This document shows, in pieces, positions 13,435 through 26,160 of a stretch of 64,000 nt of DNA; position 1 is the stretch's first letter; each line of letters begins with the position of its first letter. This stretch comes from Octopus sinensis (taxonomy: Eukaryota). The position numbers and the translations under genes are program-made. The notes beneath the pieces were generated by a model. That model did no database searches. It was not told where the DNA came from and saw only the letters and a list, made by a program, of their open reading frames with translations. Where the stretch lies: NCBI RefSeq assembly GCF_006345805.1, contig NC_043005.1, positions 73,718,001 through 73,782,000 of the forward strand. The letters run 5' to 3'.

Positions 13435-13830
13435 GGCTGTGTGGTAAGTAGCTTGCTTCCCAACCACATGGTTCCTGGTTCAGTCCCACTGTGTGTGTGG
13501 CACCTATGCTATAGCCTCGGCCGACCAAAGCCTTGTGATTGGATTTGGTAGACGGAAACTAAAAAGAAGCCCGTCATATATATGTATATGTATATATATA
13601 TATATGTGTGTGTGTTTGTGCGTCTGTGTTTGTTCCCCTCAACATCGCTTGACAACCGATGTTGGTGTGTTTACGTCCCCGTAACTTAGCATTTCGGCAA
13701 AAGAGCCCGATAGAATAAGTAAGAAGTAAGTACTAGGCTTACAAAGAATAAGTCCTGGGGTCGATTTGTTCGACTAGAGGCGGTGCTCCAGCATGGCCTC
13801 AGTCAAATGACTGAAACAAGTAAAAGAGTA
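13435..13830 (+). mobile_element. Composite SINE family C
   Basis: GGCTGTGTGGTAAGTAGCTTGC...GGAAACTAAAAAGAAGCCCGTC-(TA)(TG)-tail GTGTTTACGTCCCCGTAACTTAGC...GTCAAATGACTGAAACAAG. Confidence 0.85.
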
Positions 13831-13989
13831 AAAGAGAGAGAGAGAGTGAGTGACAGCGTTGCTGCTCTTTCGTTGCTTGGTCGTGTTTGTTCTGTCGCAA
13901 ATCCACCCGGTTCGAGAAAACACATTTAGCTAAAGACATTGTAAGTTCAACCTTTCTGTCTTAATTTCAGGAACAGTACAACATCTAAC

Positions 13990-14240
13990 GTGGAAGTGCG
14001 TGGCTTAATGGTTAGGGTGTCAGTATCATGATCGTAAGATCGTGGTTTCGATTCCTGGACCGGGCGACGCGTTGTGTTCTTGAGCAAAACATTTCATTTC
14101 ACGTTGCTCCAGTCCACTCAGCTGACAAAAATGAGTAACGCTGTGATGGACTGGCGTCCCGTCCAGCTGGGGAACGCATACACCATTGAAACCGGGGAAA
14201 CCGGGCTCATGAGCCTGGTTAGGGTTTAAAAGGGTGCAAA
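13990..14240 (+). mobile_element. tRNA-derived SINE with CORE/V-like body
   Basis: TGGCTTAATGGTTAGG (A box), GGTTTCGATTCCT (B box), TGTGTTCTTGAGCAAAACA. A related copy is at 34965-35235. Confidence 0.75.
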
Positions 14241-14679
14241 GAAAAAGGAAAGACAATATCTAACAGATAACAACGTCTACTGAGCCCTATATGGTGTGAA
14301 GAAGAGAATTTAACAGCTTTTTTGGCAGAGTCCCTCCCTTATTTTTGCTTTTTTTTGCTTTAATAATGCGAGAACATGTCCGAGATTGTATTCCTTGTTT
14401 ATTGAAATAACTAGAATATTATTCATAGCTTGATATTAGATTTTCTTAGTACTTTCGAGGATGAAGAAAAGTGAGTACTAGTTGAGCGCTGGTGTCGATA
14501 TAATCCACTCAGCCCCACCCCGAAATTGCAAGCTTTAGGAAGCACTTTAGCTAAAGACATTGTTAGTACAACTGTTCTGTTTTAATAGTTGTACTTCTTT
14601 CAGTAAGACTTCAATTTGAGAAAGAATAAAGCACTGAGTTGATGTGTGCGCACGTTTATGTGTGTGTGTGTGTATGCGG

Positions 14680-14810
14680 TTTGACGTGTCAAAGAATACA
14701 GTCAACGTTTCTTCTGAGCGTCGTAAAAGGCTACTAAAGGAGGTTGGAGTAGAATTTGCATTCCGACCGCGCAAAACCCTCATCAGCAACGTCTACCCAA
14801 GCAGACACAT
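14680..14810 (+). mobile_element. Possible Penelope-like element fragment
   Basis: Translates NVSSERRKRLLKEVGVEFAFRPRKTL, resembling the PLE linker between RT and GIY-YIG. A PLE-type terminal repeat follows ~150 bp downstream. Confidence 0.4.
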
Positions 14811-15164
14811 AGGTTGAAGGTTGTTGCCTGAATGGTGTCAAGTGTCATCAGCCAGGAGTAGAGAATCACCAAGTAACGGATGCACCAACGCGGTATTACA
14901 CCTCAAATACCCATACTACTACTCCTTTGCATGTGCCACGTCCTCGCGTTGTTGTTTTTTCTAGTCCTTTTTCTCGGTTTTTTTATTAACTATATATATA
15001 TATTTCAAAAATTAGCCAGAGAAGGAAAAATAGACGAAACTGGGCGAAAACATAAAGGACAGAAAAGGGAGATACAAATAGGATAGGAGGAACATTCGCA
15101 ACTGACAGGATAGATCGGTAGCCACTACACACATTTTTTTCTCTCCTTGTTTCTTTCTGTGTTC

Positions 15165-15200
15165 CTTTCTGTTGAAGATCGTAGGCTCGAAACGTAAAAG
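15165..15200 (+). ncRNA. Minimal type I hammerhead motif (core variant)
   Basis: CTTT-CTGTTGA-A-GATC-GTAG-GCTC-GAAAC-GTA-AAAG. Stem I CTTT/AAAG is perfect; CUGAUGA is mutated to CUGUUGA. Confidence 0.65.
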
Positions 15201-15314
15201 ACTTTTTCAATTCCTGAGCGTTATACTAATACATCTGGTTTTTTTCTATACCATCTGTCTTCGTATTTTCTTTTTTTTTCGTGAACTCTCCCTATATATA
15301 TATATATGTGTGTG

Positions 15315-15345
<31 letters not shown>

Positions 15346-15539
15346 TGTGTGTGTGTGTGTATCCTGTGTACTCAGTTGAGGTTTTATTCAATTAAAAACA
15401 GCCATATAGGTAGCGTACTTAATGTATGCACATTCTCGCTAGGCTAGTTTTTGTAGTATTTGTCTGAGAAAGCATCTTCATGACTCGTCGCAGTTTTTCG
15501 AAGTTCGCAAAATAATATTTGTCTCAAATTCTCGCCAGC

Positions 15540-15715
15540 AATTTCGAGGCAGGGTAAATTGATTACATCGATCGCAGTTTTCAACTGGTTCTTATTTTAT
15601 CGACCCTGAAAGGATGAAAGGCAAAATTTGAACTCAGAGCGTAAAGATGGATAAAATGCTGTAAAAATATTTTCCCAGCATGCTAGCGAAGATCCCAGCT
15701 CACCGCTTTATCCAT
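15540..15715 (-). mobile_element. Decayed family A SINE
   Basis: ATCGACCCTGAAAGGATGAAAGGCAAA...GAACTCAGAGCG. Confidence 0.7.
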
Positions 15716-17002
15716 ATAACAATATCATTAATCCCTTTCATCTACTTGCCACAAGATTCAGTACTTCATGGACTAACGTGTCGCAGAATGAAGATAAGAT
15801 GATTTTGTTCATTGTATTATAACCGTCTGTTCTCTTAGTATTCGTTGTTTTTTGGGCCTTCAGCTGTGGTTGTTGATTCTTCAGTTCTTCACCAATGTTC
15901 TTTTTCCAATTCCTTTCACCATGAAGCAATCAAGTGGATTTTGCATCCACATATAGCAGTTGAGCATTCTGCTCTGCCCTGTTAGTCTAATCGCTTAACT
16001 TTCTTCCTCACACCGAGGTAAAACTTTAGAATAGCTCTGGAGTTGTGTGCTTCATCAGGACTTGCATATCAATGAAGAACCCACCCTAATTGCATGTTAC
16101 CTTCACAAGTGATGACATGCCTAAGGTGAACATCACCATGACCGAACATTTAGACCCATAGATATTCTCCTATCACCCAACCACATCGGGTTACAAATAC
16201 TGGCCATTGCTTCCTTAAACTATTCTTATGACGGAACAAGAAAACACTTCGATTAAAAAAAAAAAGGAAGCATGTTATTTCTTGATTCTTTCTATGTTGG
16301 AATTCTTGAGGAAAGAAGCACTGCTCTTTGTAACACACCTTAACCGTCTTTTTTTTTTACCTTTACAAAACTTAACGTTGGCTTGCAAAACTAGCAAAGT
16401 TCTCGTTATTACGTTTGTATCTAAATGTTATATCTTTTTTGCGGATTATAATACTAGAGTCTACGTTTATGTATTCGGTTTTTGGAATTCTCATGTTTAT
16501 CTGTGTTCTTTTATGTAAAAAAAATCCTGTTTCCTTATTTAAATGTCGTTTATATTTTTTTTGTCTTATTTTAAGTCTGTGTAATTATTCTCAAAGTTTT
16601 TTTGTTCAGGAGATGGTAGAATAGATGCTACTTTGCTTATGGCTAGCATCTTTCAATGTAACTGCTGAAGAAAAAGGAGCCATGCTGAAAAATGACTAAA
16701 CAAATGTTTACAAATAATATAAAACATGAATCTGTCCAAGAACAAGCTTTATGTTTTTGTGTTGTTTCTTATCGCAATGTAAGTAAGGTGGATGCTCAAA
16801 TGTTCCGAAGCATTTTGTTTGGAGATAATCCAACAAAATTCTATTTTCGTTATGTGGGACGTGGTAACTCCTAAACTCTGCTGGCATCGTGTTGGAAACA
16901 CAAGCTCACCTCAGATCCGATAATAATAATAGAATCATAATAATAATAATAATAATAATGATAAATCTCAGAGCGAGTTATAAACAGTAGCGGTAACACA
17001 TC

Positions 17003-17154
17003 GTGACGCATATTTGCCATTTGAATGTGGCTAACCCATAAGGGTGGATGCTACTGTAGTTTGTAGCCCCAGGAAGATATCTTCCTGGGGCTACAAACTA
17101 CAGTAGCATCCACCCTTATGGGTTAGCCATATTCAAATGGCAAGTATGCGTCAC
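17003..17154. repeat. 152-bp spacerless palindrome
   Basis: 76-bp arms centred on GAT|ATC (17078/17079), two mismatches seen. Confidence 0.95.
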
Positions 17155-17182
17155 AAATAATAATAATAATAATAATATAATA

Positions 17183-17227
<45 letters not shown>

Positions 17228-17270
17228 CAACAGCGTCTCTCAGAGTGTATACATATGTAATTCATATATA

Positions 17271-17316
<46 letters not shown>

Positions 17317-18199
17317 CGGGATGGGGAAAGAGAGAATATGCGTGCTCGTGTTTATACCGTTTGTATGAGTATGTTACATGTATGTATGTGTATGCATGAA
17401 CAGGGTTGGACCTAGGGTTGCTGGTACCCCGAGCAAGCTGAACTTCGGCTCCATTACGAGTGTAATTTTGTAAAGCTTTCACAAAGAGTAAAACTGAAAA
17501 TGTAGACTAAAAAGCAGATGGCGCCCCGAGCAACTGCCCGAGTTGTCGGTACTTTGAGCCGGCCTTGAGTATGAAAGTGCGGCACCAGATTGTTAAGATA
17601 TTCTGCTCACTACCATAATGTTGTGCATTCCTGGACCGTGCAGTACGTCGCCTCCTTCAGAAAGGAACTTCACGGCACATTGCACCTGTCTTACTTATGA
17701 GAAAATATGCATTAGCGGATGGTTGGCGCAGCTCTGTCTCCTTCCAATTGTCATATTCTGGCTGAACTTCTGAGTAAAAAATGGAAGGATGGTGAGAGCG
17801 TCGATGTCTGCTCACGACTACATATGCACCAAAAACGGGCATGTTGGTGCACCGCTTTGAACAACTTTCGTCCAACGAATCGTCCCCAGTACATATCTTT
17901 TAAAACATGGTACTTATTCCATCGGTGTCTTTTGGTGACTCGCTAAGTTATGGAGATGTAAACACACCAACACCAGTTATCAAACTGTGTTAGGGGGAAA
18001 ACACAAACACACACATCTACATAACATACATACATACATACATGATGGCTGCCTCCTCGTTATTGAGTATGGCCATTGCACGAAGCTTAACTGTTATTGG
18101 TGCTGTGATCGAATGTGACTTTTTAGCCCAGCTAAAGATCTACAATGTCTTGTACAGAATTGGCAGCTAAAACCTTTACCAGCAATAGCTGGCTGTAGT

Positions 18200-18210
18200 T
18201 GTAACTGGGC

Positions 18211-18241
<31 letters not shown>

Positions 18242-18535
18242 CATACATACATACATACATACATACATACATACATACATACATACATACATACATTCAT
18301 TCATACATACATACATACATTCATACATCCATTCATACATACATACATACATACATACATACATACATACATACATTCATACATACATATATACATACAT
18401 ACATACATACATACATTCATACATACATACATTCATACATTCATACATACATACATACATACATACATACATTTATACATACATACATACATACATACAT
18501 ACATACATACATACATACATACATACATACACACC
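18200..18535. repeat. (TACA)n microsatellite
   Basis: Direct reading. Confidence 0.95.
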
Positions 18536-20179
18536 CGATGGAGTTACATTATTTTGTTTTTATGCTGAGTTTTAATAAAATCAGTTTTAAATTGAACTGA
18601 TAGATTACTCAATATTTTTTTGCCGCTTAGGTATTGATTATTCCTTTTCAAGAAAAGTGTAGTCAGTGACTGAGAAGTTTCAACCTGGCAGTCCAATGAA
18701 GGTTTAGCAGGCCAAAACATCGAAGTCACTGTCTATACTATTCGTGTAAAAGAATAATAAATGTGTGTTTGTGATTGTGTCTGTGTGTGTGTGTATTTTT
18801 TATTTATTACCTTTCTTTCATGCTGGCATATCTGAATAATCATTTCTTTAATTTCCAAAACTATTTATCTGAGACAATCTTCCTGCCAAGATTTTCTGAT
18901 TATTTCTGTTTTACAATTTCTTTGATTCTTTGATTGCATGATTTTCTATCTTTGTTTTCCCATAAAATTATTTATTTATTCTCTTATTTCACCAACGCCG
19001 CAGAAATTATATTTTTCAGATCTTAGAAGAGAGACATGACGTGATCTGCCGACTTCCTTGACATAACAGTTCTATATTTCTCAAATCACATCTGCAATAA
19101 GTTTTAACCAAAGATGGATAGATATTATGCAGTACTCTAGAATACATTATGCCTTAATAAGAGGGGAATGGTAACAGATACAATATTTCTGGTTATCGAA
19201 TTTATTTGATTAGGTCAGATAAATTTAACCACTCAAACTACTAAAGAACAAAATAATAATAATAATACCAACTAAATTTCCCTCAAATTTCACAGCCCAC
19301 CATCTTAATAAAAATTACACATCTGGTAATATAGTCCAGGGCATACAGTTCCTGCAAGACTGAGACAGTCGTAAGTCAAATTATTAAGAAATGTTTTGCG
19401 TTTTGCCCAATGCTATAAAACACTGGCTGTGCCGGGAATCGATCCCATTGTATTATTGTCGTGAGTTCAATAATATAGCCACTAAGCCACACACCTTTAA
19501 TCGAGCGGACTGCTCCTCAGCATTATTGCTTTTACTTTAAAAAATACGTCAGCCAAATTCGGGCGATATGACGGTATATTTTTTAATTTTTCTTAATTTT
19601 AAGACAATGATTTGTGGTCTTGGTCCGAGAGACATTTGGCTGTTTTACCTTGCAGGTCGAACGATCAAAAACAGAAGGATCCTTCATTTTGAAGGGATGA
19701 TGATGATGATCGGTAAGGTAAATGCTAAGCATGGTCATTATTAGCTTAAAATAATAATCTAGTATGTCTTTGGATAGAAACATTATGGAGAAAATACCAA
19801 TTAAATTATTAGGAAATATTTAGTGAAATTACAAGATTAGACGTAATTGCAGCAATATTAAAAGAGAACACACACAGAAGCCAAATTGATTACGGACTAA
19901 TGAGTGTTGAGTGTTGGATTATAAGACAGAAAACTTTTTTGTGTGTTGGATTCCATCCTGTAAAAAAAATGCGTATACATTCTTCTATTGCAAGTGTCTT
20001 TTTCCATTGGGCAAGTGTCTTCCAGCGTAGATCCAGGCCGAGAAAAACCTTGTGAGTAGATTTGATCGATGGAAACTGTGTGGAAACCTGTCGTAAACAG
20101 AATTATATGTTCGTGTTTGCGTGTGTGTGTTTGCATGTGTTTGTTTATGTGTGTTTCTGGTATCTGTGTATGTGCGGGT

Positions 20180-20595
20180 GTTTGTTATATCTTTACTGCC
20201 CACAACGGGCTATACACAGAGGGAACAAACCAGTATAGACAAACGGATTAAGTCGATTATATCGACCCCAGTGCGTAACTTGTACTTATTTAATCGACCC
20301 CGAAAGAATGAAAGGCAAAGTCGACCTCAGCGGAATTTGAACTCAGAACGTAACGGCAGACGAAATACCTATTTCTTTACTACCCACAAGGGGTTAAACA
20401 CAGAGGGGACAAACAAGGACAGACAAACGGATTAAATCGATTATATCGACACAAGTGCGTAACTGGTACTTAATTTATCGACCCCGAAAGGATGAAAGGT
20501 GACCTCGGCAGAATTTGAACTCAGAACGCAGCGGCAGACGAAATACCGCTAAGCGTTTCGTCCGGCGTGCTAACGACTCTGCCAGCTCGCCGCCT
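20180..20595 (-). mobile_element. Family A SINE: one head plus tandem body units
   Basis: Head AAGGCGGCGAGCTGGCAGAGTCGTTAGCACGCCGG (minus strand, ~20590), then two body units with the GAAATAGGTATTTCGTC junction. Confidence 0.85.
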
Positions 20596-21094
20596 TGTGT
20601 GCGTGTGTTTGTGTGTGTGTTTTCATCCCCCACCCAACTCGCTTCACAACTAGTGTTTGTTTGTTTACGTTTACGTGAAATAGCGATTTGGCCAAAGAAG
20701 TCGATAGAATAAGTATCAGATTTTAAAAAATTAAATACTGATATCGATTTACTCGACTAAACCTTCGAAGTAGCGCTCCAGCATTGCGTCGTCCAATTAA
20801 TGAAACAAGCGAATGATAAAACATATTAATAATTACAGCGGTGCTCATTACCAGCATCCACGATCAAATGGATTTTTGAACACAGCAGAACAGACTAATG
20901 AAACACCTGATTAATTGCATACTGCTCCCGCTAATTATAGCAGAGCGCTCGACCTGAAGAAATATACAGTGAAATATAAAACTAACATAATGAATGTGGT
21001 AAGCATGATAACTTTAATTAACCAAATGCAAAGATGGCAACCCAGAATTAAAAAAAGGTCCGAAATTTTTAGGGAGCGGGGGGCTTTCTTTTAG

Positions 21095-21645
21095 ATCAAC
21101 CCCAGTACGTAACTGGTACATAATTTATCTACACCAGAAGGCAAAGTCGACCTCGGCGGAATTTGAACTCAGAACATAAAGAGAGATGAAATACCGCTAA
21201 GCATTTCGCCCAGCGTACTAACATTTCTTATTTCTTTATTGCCCACAAGGGGCTAAACATAGAGGGGCAAACAAGGACAGACAAACAGATTAAGTCGATT
21301 ATATCGACCCCAGTACGTAACTGGTACTTATTTTAATCGACCTCGAAAGAATGAAAGGCAAAGTCGACCTCGGCGGAATTTGAACTCAGAACGTAGCAGC
21401 AGACGAAATACCTATTTCTTTACTACCCACAAGGGGCTAAACACAGAGAGGACAAACAAGGACAGACAAATGGATTAAGCCGATAACATCGACCCCAGTG
21501 CGTAACTGGTACTTAATTTATTGACTCCGAAAGGATGAACGGCAAAGTCGACCTGGGCGGAATTTGAACTCAGAACGTAGCAGCAGATGAAATATTGCTA
21601 AGTATTTCGTCCGGCGTGCTAACCATTCTGCCAGCTCGCCGCCTT
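21095..21645 (-). mobile_element. Family A SINE tandem array (~3 units)
   Basis: Repeated GTCGACCTCGGCGGAATTTGAACTCAGAAC; head at ~21640. Confidence 0.85.
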
Positions 21646-21819
21646 AAGCTGAAGTAATATTATAGTCCCAATTATTTAAAAGTGGAAATAGACAAGAAGT
21701 TGAATACAGAGGAATTAAGCGTCTTCCCTATGAACACAGTGTTGTATCGATAACGCCACTGAGTTAAGGATCTTATTCACGTTTCGATAGTTATGTTTAA
21801 ATCTTTCATAATGTTTATA

Positions 21820-22050
21820 ATGTTCTAGACCGAAATTATATTCCTCTAAAGGATATGACAGTGCGTAGCTCGAAGATCAAGAAGTCTCTCCAGGTCGAAC
21901 CGCTACTTTTTCCGCATTAAATGGTCACAGCTCCGGTACTACGAAGATGTCGTTAGGATGTCTCAGGAAAGTATCGCATGTCGAATGATTCTTCAAATGG
22001 AAGCCAACCTAGGACGTGACCAAGAACAAGATGGTTGGATAATATCTTCA
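21820..22050 (+). mobile_element. RTE-clade LINE 3' fragment
   Basis: VRSSKIKKSLQVEPLL...SQLRYYEDVVRMSQESIACRM...PRTRWLDNI matches the RTE C-terminal LRW.GHV.RM...RPR.RW.D motif. Confidence 0.7.
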
Positions 22051-22054
22051 GGCT

Positions 22055-22389
<335 letters not shown>

Positions 22390-22429
22390 CTCGCATGTCT
22401 ATGCAAATAGATATGTTTAATTATGTATA

Positions 22430-22900
22430 CAACATCGTGTCTGCACAGTCTATTAATAGACAAAACTTCCTTTCATATACAATTCTGCATGCTTATCTCT
22501 CAGTAATCTCCCTTGATTTCTCTCTTATATGTTTCTCTATATTGATTATTATGATTATACAAACTATATTTCTGAATACTTCCGGTCTGGCTAATTATAT
22601 AAATTGCTGTATCTCTGCTTAAGACATTGATATTCGTCTCTCATTCCGCAATCACTATGTATTGTCAACGATCTCGTGAGATATCTTCCGCAGTTAAATG
22701 CTAACCAATATAAAATTTTCCTTATGAACTTCCTGTACTCTTTCTTCTCCATCTATTTATATGGTTAGATTTTATATGCATCGCTTAGTTCTTTCTTGTT
22801 TCTCGTCTCCAGATAAGTAGCTTACATACTAAAGGCCATTGATTTCGCATAAAATGGCCATAAAGTTTAATTGTAGAATTTACACTTTTAAATCGAATAA
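22430..22900 (-). mobile_element. Heavily decayed RTE-like RT fragment
   Basis: Minus strand IDGEERVQEV...F.L resembles the post-RT 'IDGE.LE.V..F.YLG' motif; many stops. Confidence 0.35.
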
Positions 22901-23320
22901 TGTTATGAAATGATCCGCTTTGCTCTCTTCTGAAGTGAAAGCTTTGATTCTTCTGCACACATGTACACGCGCACAAACAAGTGCACACTTTCACACTTTA
23001 CACATATATATACATACATTTATAGTGATGTACATATTCACACAGAAGTTCACGTACATATATCCACATATATGCACACGCTAACACAACCACAAAACAA
23101 ACTTCCGGAACTCTCTTAACTCAAAAAGTCGTGTTATTTTGTTACCGAATAGCTTCAACTTATATTAGAAACTTAGATAAACATCAAATAAAAAGCATGT
23201 GTGTATGTACGTATGTGTTCGTGTGTGTGTCTGCGTGTGTGTATGTATGTATATATACAGACATATATATAAACATACACATATATATGACATTTGTGTG
23301 TGTGTGTGGTGTGTGTGTGT

Positions 23321-23975
23321 GTGAACTTTAGGTTAGTTAAAATGTGTTTGTGACCTTTAAAATTCAAAAGACAAATTCGCTGGAGTTACTGTGGAGAAAA
23401 TATTCTCTCTTATGGTAAAAAAGGCGTACAAACACCATATCTGTCCAGTGCTTCCCCGCTATCGGATTTCCAGATGCGTTATCAATAGAAATACTGATCT
23501 TTTTACCATAAGAATGGATTTTTCTCCGTAGTAACTGCAGTGAATTTGCTTTTAGGAGTTGAAATATGTCACAAACATTTTAACTAGCCTGAAGTTCGCT
23601 TATGTCTAAACATTGTTTGGCGCTGTTACTGATGAATTTTTTCCCAGTCTGCCGGTCTAATACCGTGACGTAGTCAATGTTGTTGACTGTGTTTTAGTTA
23701 AAGCTACGGTTTTAAATCTGTCCAGAGTTACCTCTCTTCTGTATTTCCCATTGATAACGGCTAAAAAAGTTACAAACGCGTCTAGAATCCGACAGGAGGC
23801 AACACTTGAAAGATATGGTGATTTTGCACCTTTTTATCATAGGAGAGGATTCTTTCTCCATGGTAACTGCAGTGGATTTACCTTTAGAAATTGGGTTATA
23901 TCGCAGACATTTTTTTAACTAACCTAAAGTTCGCTTACGCCTAAACACTGCTTGGCGCTGATACAGCTGAATGAA
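23321..23975. mobile_element. Foldback/long-TIR element with an extra internal arm
   Basis: 23321-23496 is an inverted copy of ~23742-23933; 23500-23636 is a second inverted partial copy, directly repeated at 23830-23975. Confidence 0.7.
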
Positions 23976-24551
23976 CTGGATTACAGGTATCCTAAACTTA
24001 GATCCTTTCGAGTTACGCCTTCGATCTTACGTTGATTATGTTTGTTTTTGCTTTTTTTTAAAGAAGAAATCACAACTTCAGGTGATTTTTTCAGCTTTAC
24101 GTCGGTCTTAGCAAACATTATGTAAAAGTATGAAAATATTTGTAAATTACGTGAAAACTAACACTGAAGTGGAAAAAAAAAACAAAGAAAAAGCATGTGA
24201 AACTATGTCTAATACATTTGTTTAAACAGATATAACCTGATAAATTTTTTAAATGCTTCTTCGTCTTGCGTCCTTTTTCAAGTTATGTCGGAAGTTCTGG
24301 AAACTATTACCGACGTAAGTTGAGATTTGCTTGTATCTTACGCTCTATATCTCAATCCATCAAACTTTCCATCTTTCTATCTATCTATCCTTCTGTCTAT
24401 CTATCTGTCTGTCCATCCATCCATCCAGCTATCTATCTATGTATCTATCAATCTAGCTGTCTATTTATCCATTCATCTATATATGTATCTATCCATCTAT
24501 CTAGATCTACACCGCTCAATCTACATTTGTGTGAATGTGTGTGTACTCCTT

Positions 24552-24599
<48 letters not shown>

Positions 24600-25044
24600 T
24601 ATGTATTGCTTGCATGTGTGTGTATGTGTATATGTGTGCGTGCGTGTGTGTGTGTACATATATATGTTTACCAGCTTGCATTCAAACGCGCCAAGTGTAA
24701 AAACATCTAGTTAGTAGTTTAGTAGTAGAAAGAATAAAGTGCATTAAGTGAAGAATACGTTTCTGTTCACGAAAATGAAAGTAAATGTCTCTAGATAATC
24801 AAATTCGTCGTAAAGACCGATTACTAACACTGCTTTTTATTGTTGGTATTAAGTAGATAGATTTGATATACATTCATAATGGATAAGAAGCCCCACAATC
24901 ATACATATCATTCTGAATCGTTCTGCTCACATATATAAGTACTACTTGTAGTAAAAACAAATCTATATACTTTGTAATTGGTAAGCCAATGTTTAATACA
25001 TTCGGTTATTCTCAGTCTGTAGTACGGCTTAGAAGGATATCCTT

Positions 25045-25240
25045 TTCTACTTTACTTGTTTTAGTCATTAGATAGCGGCCATGCTGAGGCACCGCCTTGA
25101 AGAATTTTTAGTCGAACGAATCGACCCCAGTACTTATTTTTGGTAAGCGTGTTACTTATTCTATCGCTGTCTTTTGCCGAGCTGCTAATATTACAGGAAC
25201 GTAAACACACCAGCACCGGATGTTAAGCGGGTATGGGGGA
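25045..25240 (-). mobile_element. SINE family C tail
   Basis: GCGGCCATGCTGAGGCACCGCC...TCGACCCCAGTACTTATT...GTAAACACACCAGCACCGG. Confidence 0.7.
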
Positions 25241-25479
25241 CAGACACACGCACACACAGACACACACATACACACACACATAGATATATTAGCATAAGCA
25301 AATTTAAACCCTGCCATAAGCCAAAAGAGGAATCCTCGTACATAGACATAGGCTCCAACCACACCCCAGCGGTCACTGTAGAACTCCAATTTATTCGCCG
25401 ATAAAAGTACTTTTGAAAACCATCCCGTACTATAATGCTACATTAGAAAGGTCCAACTTCAAGAATAGCATAAATTACA

Positions 25480-26160
25480 TTGAAACGAATACAAATAGAC
25501 CACGACGAGGAGGCGCAGTCCAAACAAAATCTTATGGTTTAACCCACCTAATAGCATGAATGGAACCGCTAACATAACTAGGAAATTCTTAAAATTGATA
25601 GACAATCACTTCCCATATTCACACAAATACCACAGGATTTTCAACAGAAACATTTTTAAAGTTAGCTATAGTTGTTTCTCCAATTTAGGGTCAATAATAC
25701 TCAATCACAGTAAGAATAAGCACACTAGAGATACTCCCAAAAGACAATGCAACTTCAGATCCCCAAACTGCTGCTCTCTAAACAACAGCTGTCTCGAAAA
25801 CGAACTTGTATATAAGGCCAAGTTCATGCATCCCAACACAGTAGCGAAGACGTATATCGGAATGACGGGCAACTCTTTCAAGGAAAGTTACAGATACAAA
25901 AATAAAACGCATGCAATATCCCAATTCAATATGATATGGAATTGAAAGAGGGTAGAATAAGTAACCCCCAGATAAAATGGGACATCATTGCTAAAGCCAA
26001 AATATACAGATGACGGTGTACCAAATTTGAAGTCTGTATCTCTGAAAAACTAAGTATTATACAGTCAACAGACAACATCCTAAATATTAGGGATGAAATA
26101 TTCTCTTCCTTCATACAGAAGCAATATTTCACACTTAAACACTTCAAAGAAAAACCACCA
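25480..26160 (+). mobile_element. Penelope-like element remnant encoding a decayed GIY-YIG endonuclease
   Basis: LWFNPP...RKFLKLIDNHFPYSHKYHRIFNRNIFKVSYSC...C..NNSCLENELVYKA...TYIGMTGNSFK, then IKWDIIAKAK...CISEKLSII. This is the typical PLE C-terminal layout. Confidence 0.85.

Noticed and set aside
17560-17930. Complex sequence with QLEGD motif (hAT-like?)
   Set aside because: A single short motif amid stops; not enough to assign.
18657-18738. 15-bp inverted repeats around CAATGAAGG…GGCCAAAAC
   Set aside because: Possibly a decayed hammerhead/PLE end, but too many core mismatches to support.
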